A program made the position numbers and the translations under genes. A stretch of DNA of 62,960 bases, counting the filler, from Licmophora abbreviata (lineage: Eukaryota): the NCBI GenBank assembly GCA_900291995.1. It is 11 parts of 11 records of this genome, joined end to end, with 100 filler letters (N's around TTAATTAATTAA, not from the genome) between each part and the next. Parts side by side here need not be neighbours in the genome. Positions count along the whole stretch, not along the records: positions 55,038 to 60,432 come from OLMU01004600.1; positions 60,533 to 61,599 come from OLMU01004601.1; positions 61,700 to 62,960 come from OLMU01004602.1; 8 more parts are not named here. The stretch is one strand, 5' to 3'. Positions 60,187-62,960 of this stretch are shown piece after piece. Numbering within the stretch: the first letter of the stretch is position 1; each line of letters starts with the position of its first letter. Under the pieces are notes generated by a model that was given only the letters and a program-made list of their open reading frames with translations, ran no database searches and was not told where the DNA came from.

Positions 60187-60593
60187 TGTGAGACGAGAGA
60201 GGTCGAAATCCTGAACTGATTTTTTGAATGTTTGTTTGCTTCCGACTTTCACCCCACAACTTTTATTCTTTGTCACTCCGCGATGAGGGTAATTGTCTGC
60301 CATCACTGACAAAGGCCACCAATGGAGAAGGAATGCCAGATAAATTTGCAGTGGAATAATGCGAGCAGGAACAAAATGCTGCCATGGCTGCTGCGATCTA
60401 CCCATAATACAAGAAGACCTCACACTGTTATANNNNNNNNNNNNNNNNNNNNNNNNNNNNNNNNNNNNNNNNNNNNTTAATTAATTAANNNNNNNNNNNN
60501 NNNNNNNNNNNNNNNNNNNNNNNNNNNNNNNNTAGACTACTCTGAGTACGTTTTATTGCGCAAGCGCCATCAATTCATGTACACATATTACAT

Positions 60594-62576
60594 TCACTCG
60601 TCAATTTGGTAAATTTGCACGTACCCGCCATTCTCCGGAGAGCCTGCAGCTACGACTTTACCATCCGCCGATATCGCCACAGTCTGACCAAACTCGCCTC
60701 CTTCAGCACTGCCATCAATGGGATAACCGACCGGTGACCAAACTTCATTGAGAAATCGGTAGATACGCACATGTCCCGTATTGGTGATGTTGTTGGCATC
60801 ATTCTCTGTCGCACCTACTGCCAAGACAGTGCCATCACCAGACAAGGAGACCGCATAACCAAAACGATCACCACCATTCACTCCACGTATGTCTGTTCCT
60901 AGCTGAGTCCAGATTGAGTTTCTTTCAAGGCGATATACAGCTGCAAAGTTTTGGCGATAGTCACCAACAGCGACAGTCATGCCGTCAGATGATAGCGACG
61001 ATGCTCTACCGAAATCCCGAGTGGTACTGCTACTTCTGATCGGGCTACCAATCATTGCCCATGTTAAGTTCACCAATCGAAAGACACGCACTTCATCTTC
61101 ATTGTCATCGCCAATAGCTACAACGGTGCCATTCTGTGATAATGAAACGGACTCAGCGTCCCCAGGAATATCCTCGCCGATCTGGACCCAATCTTGATCC
61201 TGGTACCCGTAAACAGAAACATATTTGCCACCATTTGACCCTAACGCCAAGATCATCCCATCAGCCGATAAGGACACTGCTCTACCAATGCGATCTTTCT
61301 CACCTCTACCATTGATTGTTGTGCCATGCGGCACCCAATCTTCGTCCAAAAGTCGGAAGACCCGTACTTGGCCAGCCTGAGACGCATTGGTACTATCCTG
61401 GCGGGCACCCACGGCCAAAATACTACCATCATTTGAGAACGCAACCGCTGACCCGAATTTTGCACCAAGAGTGCCCCCTGTGAGAGTTGTTCCAAGCTGA
61501 TTCCATGTGTCTTCGGTATTTCGAAACACGTAAACGGTGCCGTTTGTAGAATCTCTTCCACTCACTACCACCAGGCTGGCGTTTCCTGAAAAGGCAACCN
61601 NNNNNNNNNNNNNNNNNNNNNNNNNNNNNNNNNNNNNNNNNNNTTAATTAATTAANNNNNNNNNNNNNNNNNNNNNNNNNNNNNNNNNNNNNNNNNNNNC
61701 AGAGGGAGATATCGTTGGCATTGACGTCACCAGTTCGGGTGGTGGTGCTGGGGCCCGAAGACCAACCACAAGACCAGTGACGAGACCCGCAAGCAAAAGA
61801 AGTATGATTCCAATGAGGAAGATACGGCACTTGAGGGGAAGCGCGGCGAAGCCACGTCTCGGTTTTTCTTCAATCTCCTGGGCTTCGACGACTTCGCCTG
61901 GCTCAACAAGTTTTGCACGGACAGGAAGGCCGTCGATTGGAGCGTCGGGTGTGTTTTCAGGGCTGCTGAAGGTTGTACTGGTTCCAAGAGTGGTTTCGGC
62001 AGCGGTCGTGGCCCCATCATCAGAGGATCCATCGATTCCGATGACCCTATGAGCCCCGGGAATAAGACCCAAAGACTGCTTCGAGCCCTCTCCCTGACAA
62101 GACTCTGCGGGAAGAAAGTCCTTGTTGCCTGGCTCAGTAGTAGCCTCGAGTGAAGCAAAGGCCTCGCCCTTCCCACCAACATGACCTTCTGGACCATGTT
62201 TGCTGGTTGAACTGTCCACAGGATAGTGTGTCAACTTCTGTCCAGTTTCAGGATATTGAACCTTGCTAGACTTCGCAGCATCCGACGTGAATCGCTCTCG
62301 CCTGATGCTATGTTCTTCGTCGGAGTATTGCAGGTCGTCTTTCAACTGACCAGTCTTCTTGCGCTTTTGTGGATTGATTCGTCCTTCTTCTAAATCCTCC
62401 TGTTGATCATGAGGCGCCATGGCGCGCAGCGTGTTGATGCTACTTTGCATGGGCGCTAGGCCGGTACTACTACTACGAGTAGGACCCCTAGATAAAGCAG
62501 AAGGTCGAGGCTCAGTCGTCGGCGTGATCCTGTCCTCCTCCTCTGGTGCGTTCTTGTTGGGAACTCTCTCATTCAT
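60594..62576 (-). CDS. Single-pass membrane protein with extracellular FG-GAP-like beta-propeller repeats; spans gap 61600-61699
   Basis: Disordered N-terminus with PGA..V.G motif, TM helix, PT.SPS stalk; repeats W.Q.G..I.G.....FG.AV.LS.DG..LAVGA......G.V.VY. Confidence 0.75.
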
Positions 62577-62960
62577 GCTTGCTTGATTACTTTGGTGCAG
62601 AAGGTTGGATCAACAATCGACTGTCTTCGTATGTGGTGTTCTTGTGAGTTTGGTCTTGTAGATTGATAAGAAATGAGGTCCTTTGAGTAAGATCCAAGAA
62701 GCCAACCGTAGACAGTTACTACGAAGATCTTGGTTTGGCAAAAAAAATTCAAGACTTCCGTTGTGGTTTCGGAAAAAAAAGATAGCAAGACTACCAGGTT
62801 CCATCATAGACGTATTCCGTCGTGCATATTAACATTACTCCCAAAAGAAGTGGCAGCGACGGGAAGTTGTGCAACTTACTTCGGTCTACGTATCACCATA
62901 CGCATCGTAGATGCAAGTACATCGAACACACAACCGCCTGCATTTCGGCGTCGCATTAAG

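Overview
Gene-dense eukaryotic nuclear DNA, most likely from a (probably pennate) diatom. This rests on short GT-AG introns, bipartite signal-peptide + ASAFAP-type plastid presequences, a DUF6824 protein and an inverted OMPDC-OPRT UMP synthase. Ten 100-bp assembly spacers (44 N + TTAATTAATTAA + 44 N) interrupt the window; at least four fall inside genes, so they mark scaffold gaps. About 38 protein genes are recognisable, including Prp3, MetRS, RPL35, IWS1, HemC, TDP1, TDP2, MSH2, a phosphagen kinase, UMP synthase, TAF8-like, adenylate kinase and several plastid-targeted proteins. The most notable hidden structure is the unusually long (391 nt) second intron of UMP synthase, which carries two tandem box C/D snoRNA-like hairpins. 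One is a clear U18/SNORD18 counterpart. The other has two separate antisense elements that together tile a contiguous stretch of LSU rRNA. Other points of interest are a J-domain/PARP-zinc-finger/BRCT fusion, a local concentration of DNA-repair genes, a plastid-directed NFACT-R protein, and five single-base homopolymer frameshifts that are most likely sequencing errors. Family assignments come from motif recognition by eye, not database searches.
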